Below are positions 37,972 to 46,569 of a DNA stretch of 64,000 bases, one piece after another (within the stretch, counting starts at the first letter, position 1; each line of letters opens with the position of its first letter). Both the position numbers and the translations under genes were made by a program. The notes under the pieces are model-generated. The model saw only the letters and a list, made by a program, of their open reading frames with translations, was not told the origin of the DNA and ran no database searches. Source of the DNA: Elioraea sp. (GTDB taxonomy: Bacteria; Pseudomonadota; Alphaproteobacteria; Acetobacterales; Acetobacteraceae); the NCBI RefSeq assembly GCF_022842375.1, contig NZ_JALHPR010000005.1:134370-198369 (forward strand), in the 5' to 3' direction.

Positions 37972-38161
37972 GACGTTCTCCTCACCGACCATCCGGGACG
38001 CAGGGTGCCGCCAAACCGGCCCGGCCGCCAGCACCGAGGGGGCGGGTGCGCACGTCAGGCTGGCATCCGTCGCCGGATCGCCGCATTCTTGGCTCAAGAG
38101 CATTGCGCATGCCGCCGGGGCGGTGCGCAGCGATGCCGGAACGAAGGGAAACGTCATCATC

Positions 38162-39142
38162 ATGCCGACACGCCGCCGCACCCTGTCCCTCGCCCTCGCT
38201 GCGGGCCTCGCCCCCTCGATCGTCCGGGCGCAGGGCGCCCCGGCCTGGCGCCCGACGCGCCCGATCCGCCTGGTCGTTCCCTTCGCTCCTGGAGGATCGA
38301 ACGACATCGTCGGGCGCATCATCGCGGAGGCGACCGGCCAGGCCCTCGGCCAGCCGATCGTGGTCGAGAACCGCGCCGGTGCAGGCAGCGTCATTGGCTC
38401 TGACCATGTCGCGCGATCGGCCCCCGACGGCTACACCGTACTGATCAACAGCGCGCATGCCACCGTGCCGGCGATCGTCGCGCGCGTGCCCTACAACGCG
38501 ATCAACGACTTCGCTGGGGTCGCTGTCGCCGGCTTCTCGCCACATGTCGTGGTCGTCACGCCGCAATTCCCGGCGCGGACGGGGCAGGAGCTGATCGCGG
38601 CGATCAAGGCCAATCCTGGCCGCTACAATCTGGCAACCGCCGGCATCGGCAGCGGCGTTCACGTCGCGGCCGAACTGTTCCGCGCGAGGACGCAGATCGA
38701 GGTCGAGCTCGTGCATTACCGCGGCGGCGGGCCCGCCGTGGCCGCCCTCGTGGCGGGGGAAGCGCAGCTTGGCACGCCGACCATGGCCTCCTCGATCGGG
38801 CAGATCCGGGGTGGTGGCCTGCGCGCCATCGCGGTGATGGCGGAGCGGCGCACCGAGGTGCTGCCGGACGTGCCAAGCGCGCCGGAGGCTGGTTTTCCGC
38901 AGGCGATCTTCGAGGAGTTCTTCCCTATCCTCGCCCCCGCCGCCACGCCGGCGCCGGTGCTGGCAGCACTCGGTGCCGCATTCCGTGGCGCGATCCAGCA
39001 GAACGCGGCACGGCTCGCCGAGCTTGCCGGCGTCACGCCGCGCGCCGGGTTCGAAAGCCCGGAGCAGGTGATGACGCTGGTGCGACAGGGGGTCGAGAGC
39101 TACACGGCGATCCTGCGCGCTGCCGGCGTGCAGCCCGAATAG
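38162..39142 (+). CDS. Bug-family (TctC-like) tripartite tricarboxylate transporter substrate-binding protein, orphan
   Basis: 326 aa from MPTRRRTLSLALAAGLAPSIVRAQG, with PIRLVVPFAPGGSNDIVGRIIAE...VENRAGAGS. It is the only real part of the 1096-aa ORF 35852..39142. Confidence 0.85.
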   Translation: MPTRRRTLSLALAAGLAPSIVRAQGAPAWRPTRPIRLVVPFAPGGSNDIVGRIIAEATGQALGQPIVVENRAGAGSVIGSDHVARSAPDGYTVLINSAHATVPAIVARVPYNAINDFAGVAVAGFSPHVVVVTPQFPARTGQELIAAIKANPGRYNLATAGIGSGVHVAAELFRARTQIEVELVHYRGGGPAVAALVAGEAQLGTPTMASSIGQIRGGGLRAIAVMAERRTEVLPDVPSAPEAGFPQAIFEEFFPILAPAATPAPVLAALGAAFRGAIQQNAARLAELAGVTPRAGFESPEQVMTLVRQGVESYTAILRAAGVQPE

Positions 39143-39170
39143 TGCGTCCGGGGCGTCGCGGGCGGTCGGC

Positions 39171-39932
39171 TCAGATCACGATCGTCCGCGCCGGGCCCAT
39201 CACGTCCATCTCGACATCGAGGCCGACGACGGGCGGGCGGGCGTAGTGCCACACAACGCCCGGTCGAAGCACACCGCGCGCCCCGAAGCAGTCGCCGAAG
39301 AGATGGCCGATGTCGAACACGGTGTAGAGCTGCGCCTGCACCGCATCGGCCCAGGTAAGGCCGAGCGCTGCAAGCCGGGCCTCCATCGCATCGCGCACGA
39401 AGACGAGCTTCTGGCGAAGCGCCTCCGGGTGAGTCTCGCCGTGGCGGACCGTGCGGTCGCGATAGGGGCCGCTGCCCTCTGCCGCCTCGCCGCCGCCGGC
39501 GATCACGAAGCTCGGCCGTGCCGATGCCCCGCGCGCGGGAACCGTGTAGGAGAAGGCGAACATCACCGGCTCCGACGGCGCATCGTAGAATGGGCAGACA
39601 TTGGTACGCGCGACGGGATTCGCGCCGTCGCGCCAGATGCCCCAGCGCTCCAGCGTGGCAACGTAGAATCGGTTGAAATCGGTAAACCCCTGGTCGGTGA
39701 ACGGGGCGGGGGAGCGGAGCTCGCACGCGGCGAAGGCTGTGGGTGGGCGGCCGAGTGCTTCGAGGTGGCGCTCGACGAATGCGAAGGCCTGCGACATCGG
39801 CAGGGGGCGGTGCAGGCACGCGCGCTCGACCTCGAACCCATCGAGGGCAGCGATGCCGGCGGAGTACTGGAACACCGAGGGGATGTAGCGGTAGCCTCCT
39901 GCGTCAAAGCGGATCGCCTGCGTCACGGTCAT
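39171..39932 (-). CDS. Hypothetical protein (weak recollection of CnbZ-like 2-aminomuconate-deaminase family)
   Basis: A clean 253-aa ORF with gene-like composition (GGYRYIPSVFQYSAGIAAL...). I cannot verify the family without a search. Confidence 0.45.
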   Translation of the reverse strand: MTVTQAIRFDAGGYRYIPSVFQYSAGIAALDGFEVERACLHRPLPMSQAFAFVERHLEALGRPPTAFAACELRSPAPFTDQGFTDFNRFYVATLERWGIWRDGANPVARTNVCPFYDAPSEPVMFAFSYTVPARGASARPSFVIAGGGEAAEGSGPYRDRTVRHGETHPEALRQKLVFVRDAMEARLAALGLTWADAVQAQLYTVFDIGHLFGDCFGARGVLRPGVVWHYARPPVVGLDVEMDVMGPARTIVI

Positions 39933-39960
39933 CTCCCTTGGTCGTTGGGCGTGGGTCGCG

Positions 39961-40755
39961 TCATGGTGCGGTCCCGGCGGGAAGTCCGAGCCGGCCGAGG
40001 CCGGGGAGCTTCAGCGCGGGCCGGCGGATATCAATGCCGGCGACGCCGCCGAGGATATTGAGCTCGATGCCTTCGACCCAACCGATCGTAAGCCCGGCAT
40101 AGCCGCCAAGCGTGAAGCGGATGCCGGTGCCGGACCCGGTGAGGCCGGCCCAGCTGCCATCATGCGGGAAGTCCTTGCCGATCGCGGTCGGCGGCAGTGC
40201 CACCAGCGTCTCCGGCACCGCGGCGAGAACGGCGGCGACGAAGGTGTTCGAGTTCGGCCCCGGCCAGGCGCGATAGTCGCCGAGGTTGCGCCATGCATAG
40301 GCCTCGATCGCTGCCTGGATGCGCGGGATCATCGCTGCCGCCACCTCGCCATCGGCGGCGAAGACCACCTCCGGGTGGCGGCCGAACCAGCGCCCGTCAG
40401 CCGCGAAGCCGTTGACGCGGATGGGCGTGCCCCAGGCGGTGTAGTCATATCGCGTGTAGCTCGTGGCACCTTCGGGCTTGATGACGATCCAGCTGTGCAC
40501 CGCAAAGATACCGCGCCAGCGCACGGTAGGGGCGGCGAACACACGCACCATCGCGCCCTGGTTCTCCGCTATCGGAGGCAGGTGCCCCGCGCTCGACCGA
40601 TCAGCGGTCCGCCAATCCGCGCCCACGCTGGTGAATTGGTGGAGCACGGCCGAGATGCCGATGGGCAGGAGATAGAGGAGCACGAACAGCGAGAGCATCA
40701 CGCGCGAAAGCATGGCCCACCGAACGCCTATTGCCCAGCGTCGTGGTCGCTGCAT
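39961..40755 (-). CDS. DUF3750-like membrane-anchored protein
   Basis: N-terminal TM segment (VMLSLFVLLYLLPIGISAVL), then WRGIFAVHSWIVIKPEGATSYTRYDYTAWG. The family is assigned from memory. The start is ATG 40755 or GTG 40770. Confidence 0.55.
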   Translation of the reverse strand: MQRPRRWAIGVRWAMLSRVMLSLFVLLYLLPIGISAVLHQFTSVGADWRTADRSSAGHLPPIAENQGAMVRVFAAPTVRWRGIFAVHSWIVIKPEGATSYTRYDYTAWGTPIRVNGFAADGRWFGRHPEVVFAADGEVAAAMIPRIQAAIEAYAWRNLGDYRAWPGPNSNTFVAAVLAAVPETLVALPPTAIGKDFPHDGSWAGLTGSGTGIRFTLGGYAGLTIGWVEGIELNILGGVAGIDIRRPALKLPGLGRLGLPAGTAP

Positions 40756-40873
40756 GACGACCCCGCTCACGAGGCGCCCTCATGGCAGGAGATGAAGGAC
40801 GAACCCACGGGAAAAATATCGCGTGGGTTCGCTGTCTCCGCAATGCGCGTCTCAGCCGATTTCCCCGCAGGTG

Positions 40874-41917
40874 CTACCCGCCGATCTCCTTCCGCACGAT
40901 CGCCGCCCCCTCCGCCAGGGCGCGGAGCTTGCCGAAGGCACGATCGCGCGGCAGGTACTTCATGCCGCAATCGGGTGCGGGGACCAGCCGCTCCGCCGGC
41001 AATACGCGAAGGCCAGCGCGGATCCGGTCAGCCACCACGGCAGGCGTCTCGATCTCCTCCGCCCCGAGGTCAAGCACGCCGAGCATCACGGTCTTGCCGG
41101 GCAGGTCGCGCAGAATGGCAAGGTCGAGCCTCGGCTGTGCGGCCTCGATGGAGATCTGTGCGGCCGTCGTTCCCGACAGTTCCGGCAGGAAGCTGTAGCC
41201 GGAGGGCTTGTCGCTGCTGACCATCGCGGCATAGCCGAAACACATGTGAACGACGGTGGTGCCGGCGATGCCGGCGAGCGCGCGGTTGATGGCGTGGACG
41301 GCATAGCGGCGTGCCTCGTCGGGGAAGGCCTGCATCCACGGCTCGTCGAGCTGGATGACATCGGCGCCGGCCGCCTTCAGGTCGCGGATCTCGGCGTTCA
41401 GCGCGTCGGCGAAGTCCATCGCGAGCTCCGCGTCGTCGCCGTAGAACTCGTTCTTGGCCTGGCGTGTCATGGTGAACGGGCCTGGCAGGGTGATCTTCAC
41501 CTGGCGGTCGGTGTTCGCGCGGCAGAAAGCGACGTCGTGCACCTCGACCTGGGCTGTACGGCGCACGCGGCCGGTGATGCGCGGCACGATGGTCGGCTTG
41601 CCGGTACGGCCGATCACCTCGCCGGGCCGCTCACGGTCGATGCCTTCCAGCGCATTCGCGAAGTGGTTGGAGTAGCTTTCCCGCCTGATCTCGCCATCCG
41701 TGATGATGTCGATGCCGGCACGCTCCATGTCGCGGATAGCGATGATGGTCGCATCGTCCTGCGCCTCGGCGAGATACGGCTCGGGCACCCGCCAGATCTC
41801 GGGCGTGCGCACGCGCGGGACGTTCTTTGCGCGCAACGCCTGGTGATCGACCAGCCATTCCGGCTGGGGATAGCTGCCAACGACCGTTGTCGGCAGGAGC
41901 GGAAGCGGATGCGGCAT
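40874..41917 (-). CDS. Cobalamin-independent methionine-synthase-like methyltransferase (MetE C-terminal domain only)
   Basis: 347 aa from MPHPLPLLPTTVVGSYPQPEWL. Zn-site motifs are VVHMCFGY (His-x-Cys) and APDCGMKYL (Cys). GGAGA RBS. Confidence 0.8.
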   Translation of the reverse strand: MPHPLPLLPTTVVGSYPQPEWLVDHQALRAKNVPRVRTPEIWRVPEPYLAEAQDDATIIAIRDMERAGIDIITDGEIRRESYSNHFANALEGIDRERPGEVIGRTGKPTIVPRITGRVRRTAQVEVHDVAFCRANTDRQVKITLPGPFTMTRQAKNEFYGDDAELAMDFADALNAEIRDLKAAGADVIQLDEPWMQAFPDEARRYAVHAINRALAGIAGTTVVHMCFGYAAMVSSDKPSGYSFLPELSGTTAAQISIEAAQPRLDLAILRDLPGKTVMLGVLDLGAEEIETPAVVADRIRAGLRVLPAERLVPAPDCGMKYLPRDRAFGKLRALAEGAAIVRKEIGG

Positions 41918-41939
41918 GCGTGGTCTCCGTTGGTAGGGT

Positions 41940-42758
41940 TCAGGCAGCGTTCGCCTGACCTGTCTCGCGCGCGATCGGACGTCTTCGGGGTACTTGCGCC
42001 GGCGCTCCACCGCCCCAGGCGGCGCAGCGCCGTTCGACGACGCGCATCGCCATGTCGAAGCCCATCGCGATCACCAGCACGAGCAGCACGCCCGCGAATA
42101 CGCGCGGGCTGTCGAGCACGGTGCGCGACGATGTCACCAGATAGCCGATGCCCGCGGCAGAGATCAGCATCTCGGCAACGACCACGCCGACGATGACGAG
42201 AGCGCCGCCGAGCCTGAGGCCTGCAAGCAGCGTCGGGATCGAGGCGGGCAGGATCACGCGCAGGAGCCGCTGCACCGGGGTCGCCCCCATGCTCCGTGCG
42301 GTGAGCACGAGGTTCGGGTCGATCGTCTGGATGCCAGCGGCGGTCGCGAGCATGGTGGGGAAGAAGCCGTAGATGGCGGCGAAGGCAATCTTGGACTCGG
42401 AGCCGATGCCGAACCAGGCCGTGAACACGGGGTACAGCACGACGATCGGGACCGCATAGAAACTCGAGAACACCGGCAGCAGGATGCGCCGCGGCCCTGC
42501 GAGCGCGCCGACGAAGGCACCGATGAGGATGCCGCCACCGACAGCGAAGACAAGCGCTGCCGCGACCTCGGTCAGCGTCACCACAAGGGCCGCGCCGTAC
42601 ACACGCCAGTCGGAGAAGCCGGCGACAAGTGTCGTCGTCAGCGGCGGCAGAAACAGCATCGGCACGAGCCCGAGCCGCGGCAGCGCTTCCCACAGCACGA
42701 GAACACCAAGAATGATGAGTGTGCGAACCGCACCAGGACTCATCGCCCCCAGGCTCAT
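41940..42758 (-). CDS. ABC permease, NitT/TauT (SsuC-like) family
   Basis: 272 aa, multi-TM. The ATG overlaps the upstream ATPase stop (ATGA). Confidence 0.85.
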   Translation of the reverse strand: MSLGAMSPGAVRTLIILGVLVLWEALPRLGLVPMLFLPPLTTTLVAGFSDWRVYGAALVVTLTEVAAALVFAVGGGILIGAFVGALAGPRRILLPVFSSFYAVPIVVLYPVFTAWFGIGSESKIAFAAIYGFFPTMLATAAGIQTIDPNLVLTARSMGATPVQRLLRVILPASIPTLLAGLRLGGALVIVGVVVAEMLISAAGIGYLVTSSRTVLDSPRVFAGVLLVLVIAMGFDMAMRVVERRCAAWGGGAPAQVPRRRPIARETGQANAA

Positions 42759-43573
42759 CGCGCGGGCGCCTTGATCTGCTGCCAGATGCGGTCGCGCAGC
42801 CGGCCGAACACCGCACCTGCCATCATCTCGTAGGTGCGCGGGCGCGGCAGCTCTACCTCCATCCGGTCGACGATGCGGCCAGGCCGAGCCGACATCACGA
42901 GCACCTCGTCGGCGAGGTACACAGCCTCGGTCAGGCTGTGGGTGACGAACACCACCGTCTTGCGCGTGGCCGACCAGATGCGCAGCAGCTCCTCGCCCAT
43001 CGCCATGCGCGTCTGTTCGTCGAGCGCGGCGAAGGGCTCGTCCATCAGCAGCACCGGCGGGTCCTGCACGAGGCCGCGGGCGATCGAGACGCGCTGCTTC
43101 ATCCCGCCCGACAATTCGTGCGGATAGCGCCCGCCGGCATCACCGAGCCCGACGAGTTCGAGCATCGCGTTCGCCCGCGCGGCGCGCTCCGCGCGCGACA
43201 CGCCGCGCAGCGCCAGGGGGAAGGCGACATTGTCGATCGCCGTCAGCCACGGGAACAGGTTCGCTTCCTGGAACACGACGCCGACGCGATCAGGGTCGGG
43301 GTCGGTGATCGGCCTGCCGCTGCAGAGGATGGTTCCCGCGGTCTGGTGACGCAGCCCTGCGAGCATCATCAGCAGCGAGGATTTGCCACAGCCGCTCGGG
43401 CCCACGATGACGACAAAGCGCCCTTCACCCACCGTCAACGCGATGTCGGACAGCGCATGCACCGGCCCGTCCCGCGACGGGTAGACGTGATCGAGGCCGC
43501 TGACCTGGATGATCGGCCGCTCGGGCGCGATCGCCTCGTCGACCACCGGCTTCAGCTCCGCCAATGGCTGCAT
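42755..43573 (-). CDS. ABC ATPase, NitT/TauT family
   Basis: 272 aa from MQPLAELKP. Walker A GPSGCGKSS, signature LSGGMKQRV, Walker B LLMDEPFAALD. Confidence 0.9.
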   Translation of the reverse strand: MQPLAELKPVVDEAIAPERPIIQVSGLDHVYPSRDGPVHALSDIALTVGEGRFVVIVGPSGCGKSSLLMMLAGLRHQTAGTILCSGRPITDPDPDRVGVVFQEANLFPWLTAIDNVAFPLALRGVSRAERAARANAMLELVGLGDAGGRYPHELSGGMKQRVSIARGLVQDPPVLLMDEPFAALDEQTRMAMGEELLRIWSATRKTVVFVTHSLTEAVYLADEVLVMSARPGRIVDRMEVELPRPRTYEMMAGAVFGRLRDRIWQQIKAPAR

Positions 43574-44307
43574 CGCACTTCCACGGCCCTGATCGCCTCG
43601 TTCAGCACGATCGCCACGATCGCGAGCAGCAGCACGCCCGCGAACAGGCGATCCATCATGAAGTTCTCCCCCCAGCTCGCGATCTGGTGGCCCATGCCGG
43701 TGCGCGAGGCATACATCTCGGCGAGCAGCACCGCGGTGAAGCCGAAGATCACCGCGAGCCGGAAGCCTTCGAGCAGGATGGGCAGCATGCTCGGCAGGTA
43801 GACGCGCCAGGCGATCTGCGCCCGCGTCGCCCCGAAGGCGCGGGCGACGAACACGTGATCGGGCCGCACGGCGCGCACGGCGGCCGTTGCACTCATCAGC
43901 ACGATGAATACCGTGGAGAACACGCCGAAGGCGACCTTCTGCCAGAAGCCGATCCCCATCGTGAGAATGAACATCGGCAGGAAGATCGATTTCGGGATGC
44001 TGAACAGGAAGAACACCAGGGGATCGAAGATCGCGCCGAGGCGTGGGTTCTCCGACAGCAGCAAACCGAGCAGCGTGCCCACCGGCAGTGCCACAGCCAC
44101 CGCGACCAGGAGCTGGACCGTCGTGATCGCGAGATCGGCGCGGAGTGCAGGCCGCGCGAGCAGGCCCCACAGCGTACCGAGCACGGTGGAGAACGGCGGC
44201 AGCAACTCCGGATCGGCCACGCCAAGCCGCGGCAACGCTTCCCAGGCGCCGAGAAACGCAGCGATCAGCAAGGCGCGGCCGAGCAGAACGGGCAGGCTGC
44301 TCCTCAT
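43552..44307 (-). CDS. ABC permease, NitT/TauT family (second copy)
   Basis: 251 aa from MRSSLPVLLGRALLIAAFLGAWEALPRLG. The ATG overlaps the SBP stop (ATGA). Confidence 0.85.
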   Translation of the reverse strand: MRSSLPVLLGRALLIAAFLGAWEALPRLGVADPELLPPFSTVLGTLWGLLARPALRADLAITTVQLLVAVAVALPVGTLLGLLLSENPRLGAIFDPLVFFLFSIPKSIFLPMFILTMGIGFWQKVAFGVFSTVFIVLMSATAAVRAVRPDHVFVARAFGATRAQIAWRVYLPSMLPILLEGFRLAVIFGFTAVLLAEMYASRTGMGHQIASWGENFMMDRLFAGVLLLAIVAIVLNEAIRAVEVRCSHWRS

Positions 44308-45317
44308 GCGCCCGTCGGCACGGGCTTGAACCGTGTCGTGAACGTTTCCGCTGCCGGCGCAAGATCCGTCATGCCGCCGAGCCGGGCGAGGTCGAGCGCG
44401 ACCTCGATCTGTGCCTGGTCGAGCGCGCCATCGGTCAGCAGCTTCAGGATCGTCTCCTCGTACTCGATCGCGGCGATTTCTGCCGGGATCTCGTTGTTCT
44501 CGGCGATCAGCGCGATCGCGCCATCGCGGTTGGCGCGGAGCCACGCGAGCCCGCCGAACAGGGCGTTCACGCTGCCCTGCACCGCCTGCGGGCGCTCCTG
44601 GATCAGCTTGTCGGTGACGATCCACCCGGCGACGGTGTGGCGCGGCATCGCGGTAGTGAAATCGATCAGGCTCCGGGCCTGGCCCGCGCGCATCAGCTGG
44701 AACGTCAGCGGTGAGTAGATCACCGCGGCATCGAGATTGCGCGTGCGCAGGTTCGGAACGAGGCCACCGCCACCGACGGGAACGCGCGTGAACTCGACCT
44801 TGCGGTCCTGCCCGGTCCAGAGTGCGAGCAGATCGGAGCCGGAGCCCGCGGCGGTGATACCGACCTTCTTGCCTGCAAGCTCCGACACCGCGGTGATCGG
44901 GGAATCCTGGCGCACCATCAGGTGCCAGCCGTAGTAGGCATCCTGCGCGCCGGCGACGAGTTTCGAGCGCACGCCGCGGCGAATGCCGGTGGCGACGAGC
45001 GAGGGCGGATCGAGGATGATATCGGCAGCACCCGCCGCCAGGGCCTCGAAACACTCGGCACCGCTGCGGTAGATCGTCATCTCCGCACGCAGGCCCTCCT
45101 TCTCGAACAGTCTCTGGCGCAGCGTCGCCAGCGTGACGATGGTCGGCCAATAGGCCTTGGTCGGCACGCCGACGCGGATCATTCCGCCGGACTGCGCGAT
45201 CGCTGGTGCTGCCAGCGCCGCGGCGCCGAGGCCGAGCCCGAGCTTCAGTGCGTCGCGACGGTCGATCATCATGCCGCGTGACACGCTGTGCTGCGTGTCG
45301 GTTCCTTGCTTTGACAT
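44304..45317 (-). CDS. NMT1/THI5-like (NitT/TauT-type) periplasmic substrate-binding protein, Tat signal
   Basis: 337 aa with MIDRRDALKLGLGLGAAALAAPAIAQ. It is the first gene of the co-oriented ABC cluster. Confidence 0.8.
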   Translation of the reverse strand: MSKQGTDTQHSVSRGMMIDRRDALKLGLGLGAAALAAPAIAQSGGMIRVGVPTKAYWPTIVTLATLRQRLFEKEGLRAEMTIYRSGAECFEALAAGAADIILDPPSLVATGIRRGVRSKLVAGAQDAYYGWHLMVRQDSPITAVSELAGKKVGITAAGSGSDLLALWTGQDRKVEFTRVPVGGGGLVPNLRTRNLDAAVIYSPLTFQLMRAGQARSLIDFTTAMPRHTVAGWIVTDKLIQERPQAVQGSVNALFGGLAWLRANRDGAIALIAENNEIPAEIAAIEYEETILKLLTDGALDQAQIEVALDLARLGGMTDLAPAAETFTTRFKPVPTGA

Positions 45318-45383
45318 ATCGTTTCGCTCCCTGGTTGTTCTGATCTTTGGTTGTCGCCGATCCTGCCGCGTCTGTTTCGGCCG

Positions 45384-45700
45384 TCAATCGAAGGGTGACG
45401 CACCGCCGCGCCGGGCTGGGTTGCGCGCCGCGGGACTGCTGGTCAGCGCATCGTGCATGCTGCACGGCCCCGCGTGGGTGACGGCGTCACGACCTGTCTG
45501 ATCGCACCCTGCGGGGAAGGCAGGATCAGCGAGCTTGTGGTCAGGCACGATGAATGCGGCGAGCAGCCTGTGCCTGTGCAGCACATTGAGCACCGGACAG
45601 TTGTCGAACCCGAGCATGATGCGGGATCAAGCGCCGCTCGCTGGCTTCCGACCGACTTCGCAACAGGGCGGTGTGCCGCTTCATCGGCTACGATGCGCAT
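45384..45700 (-). pseudogene. Possible relic of a polysaccharide-deacetylase (NodB-homology) gene
   Basis: ORF 45384..45617 reads MLGFDNCPVLNVLHRHRLLAAFIVPDHKLADP, resembling a degenerate (L)TFDDGP...LL..L.....ATFFV.G N-terminal pattern, and stops after 77 aa. An overlapping 85-aa ORF in another frame carries the RBS. The local G+C looks lower than in the flanking genes. Confidence 0.3.
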
Positions 45701-45794
45701 GCTCCCTCCCCGTGCTGGCCGATAGCGTTTATCGACAAAGAAGGTGCGTCAAGCATTTTTGTCGACATTCTTGTGTCATGCGGCGCGGCGACGC

Positions 45795-46556
45795 ATGCTT
45801 CCCCTGATGACAGCGATTCCAGCCACGACCCATCGCGGTGGCCCCGGCGGGCCGCCGACCAGCGAAACCCTGGCGACCGCGGCGTATCGCCGGCTGCGTG
45901 CCGATATCGTCGAGGGGCGGCTCGCACCAGGCTTGAAACTGAAGGTGCATGAGCTCGCGCGCCGCTATGGCGCCGGACCGGCGCCATTGCGTGAGGCGCT
46001 GGCGCAACTCACGGCCGAAGGGCTGGCAGTGCGGATGGAACAGCGCGGCTTCCGCGTGCGTGCGCTCGATCCGCGCGCACTCGGAGAGCTCGTGCGCACA
46101 CGCTGCCTTGTCGAGGGGCTGGCGTTGCGCGAATCCATCCTGCGCGGCGATGCGGCGTGGGAGAACGCGATTGCGGGTTCGGCACATCGGCTCGCCAGCC
46201 TTCCCGTATCGCTCGCGCCCGATCGCTTCATTGCCAATCCGGCCTGGGAGGCTGCGCACAGGGCGTTTCACCGCGCGCTCATCGACGCCTGCGAGGCAGC
46301 GCCGCTGATCGACTTCTGCGAGCGGCTGCGCGAGGAGGCCGATCGCTATCGAACGCTGTCGAGCGTTGCGTCCTATCCGCAGCGTGACGTTCCCGCCGAG
46401 CACGCGGCGATCGCGCGCGCAGCACTTGACCGTGACGCTGAGCGTGCGCCGGCTCTGCTTGCCGAACACCTCGCCAGGACCGGCGATGTCGTACGCCTCG
46501 GGCTGAAGGAGGGGCCGGAGCCAGCTTTCCGGCGCGGGGCCGCAGAACCTCGTTGA
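45795..46556 (+). CDS. GntR-family regulator (FadR/FCD subfamily)
   Basis: wHTH (AYRRLRADIVEGRLAPGLKLKVHELARRYGAGPAPLREALAQLTAEGL) plus an FCD-like helical C-terminal domain. Possible starts are GTG 45744, ATG 45795 and ATG 45807. Confidence 0.8.
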   Translation: MLPLMTAIPATTHRGGPGGPPTSETLATAAYRRLRADIVEGRLAPGLKLKVHELARRYGAGPAPLREALAQLTAEGLAVRMEQRGFRVRALDPRALGELVRTRCLVEGLALRESILRGDAAWENAIAGSAHRLASLPVSLAPDRFIANPAWEAAHRAFHRALIDACEAAPLIDFCERLREEADRYRTLSSVASYPQRDVPAEHAAIARAALDRDAERAPALLAEHLARTGDVVRLGLKEGPEPAFRRGAAEPR

Positions 46557-46569
46557 CGGTGCGAAGCGC

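Noticed and set aside
38090-38106. TGGCTC...TTGC upstream of the Bug SBP gene as a target for the neighbouring EBP.
   Set aside because: The GG-to-GC spacing is two nucleotides too long for a -24/-12 promoter.
35852-39142. A 1096-aa plus-strand ORF, the longest in the track.
   Set aside because: Its first ~770 aa are Arg/Ala/Pro-rich antisense read-through across the acyl-CoA ligase and crotonase genes, an artefact of high G+C. Only the last 326 aa (38162..39142, the Bug-family SBP with Tat signal) look like a real protein.
45443-45700. An 85-aa Cys/Ser/Thr-rich ORF (…CSGSTTVRCSMCCTGTGCSPHSSC…) with a strong RBS, considered as a possible RiPP precursor.
   Set aside because: Its third-position G+C is clearly lower than in the surrounding genes. 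It overlaps a NodB-like reading frame. No maturation enzymes (cyclodehydratase, radical SAM, LanM-like enzyme or peptidase-transporter) are nearby.
45318-45794. A cobalamin or SAM riboswitch ahead of the operon that ends in the MetE-like gene.
   Set aside because: I could not find a B12-box-like core or a SAM-II-type pseudoknot signature by eye. The region is better explained as a decayed ORF. Only a covariance-model scan could settle this.
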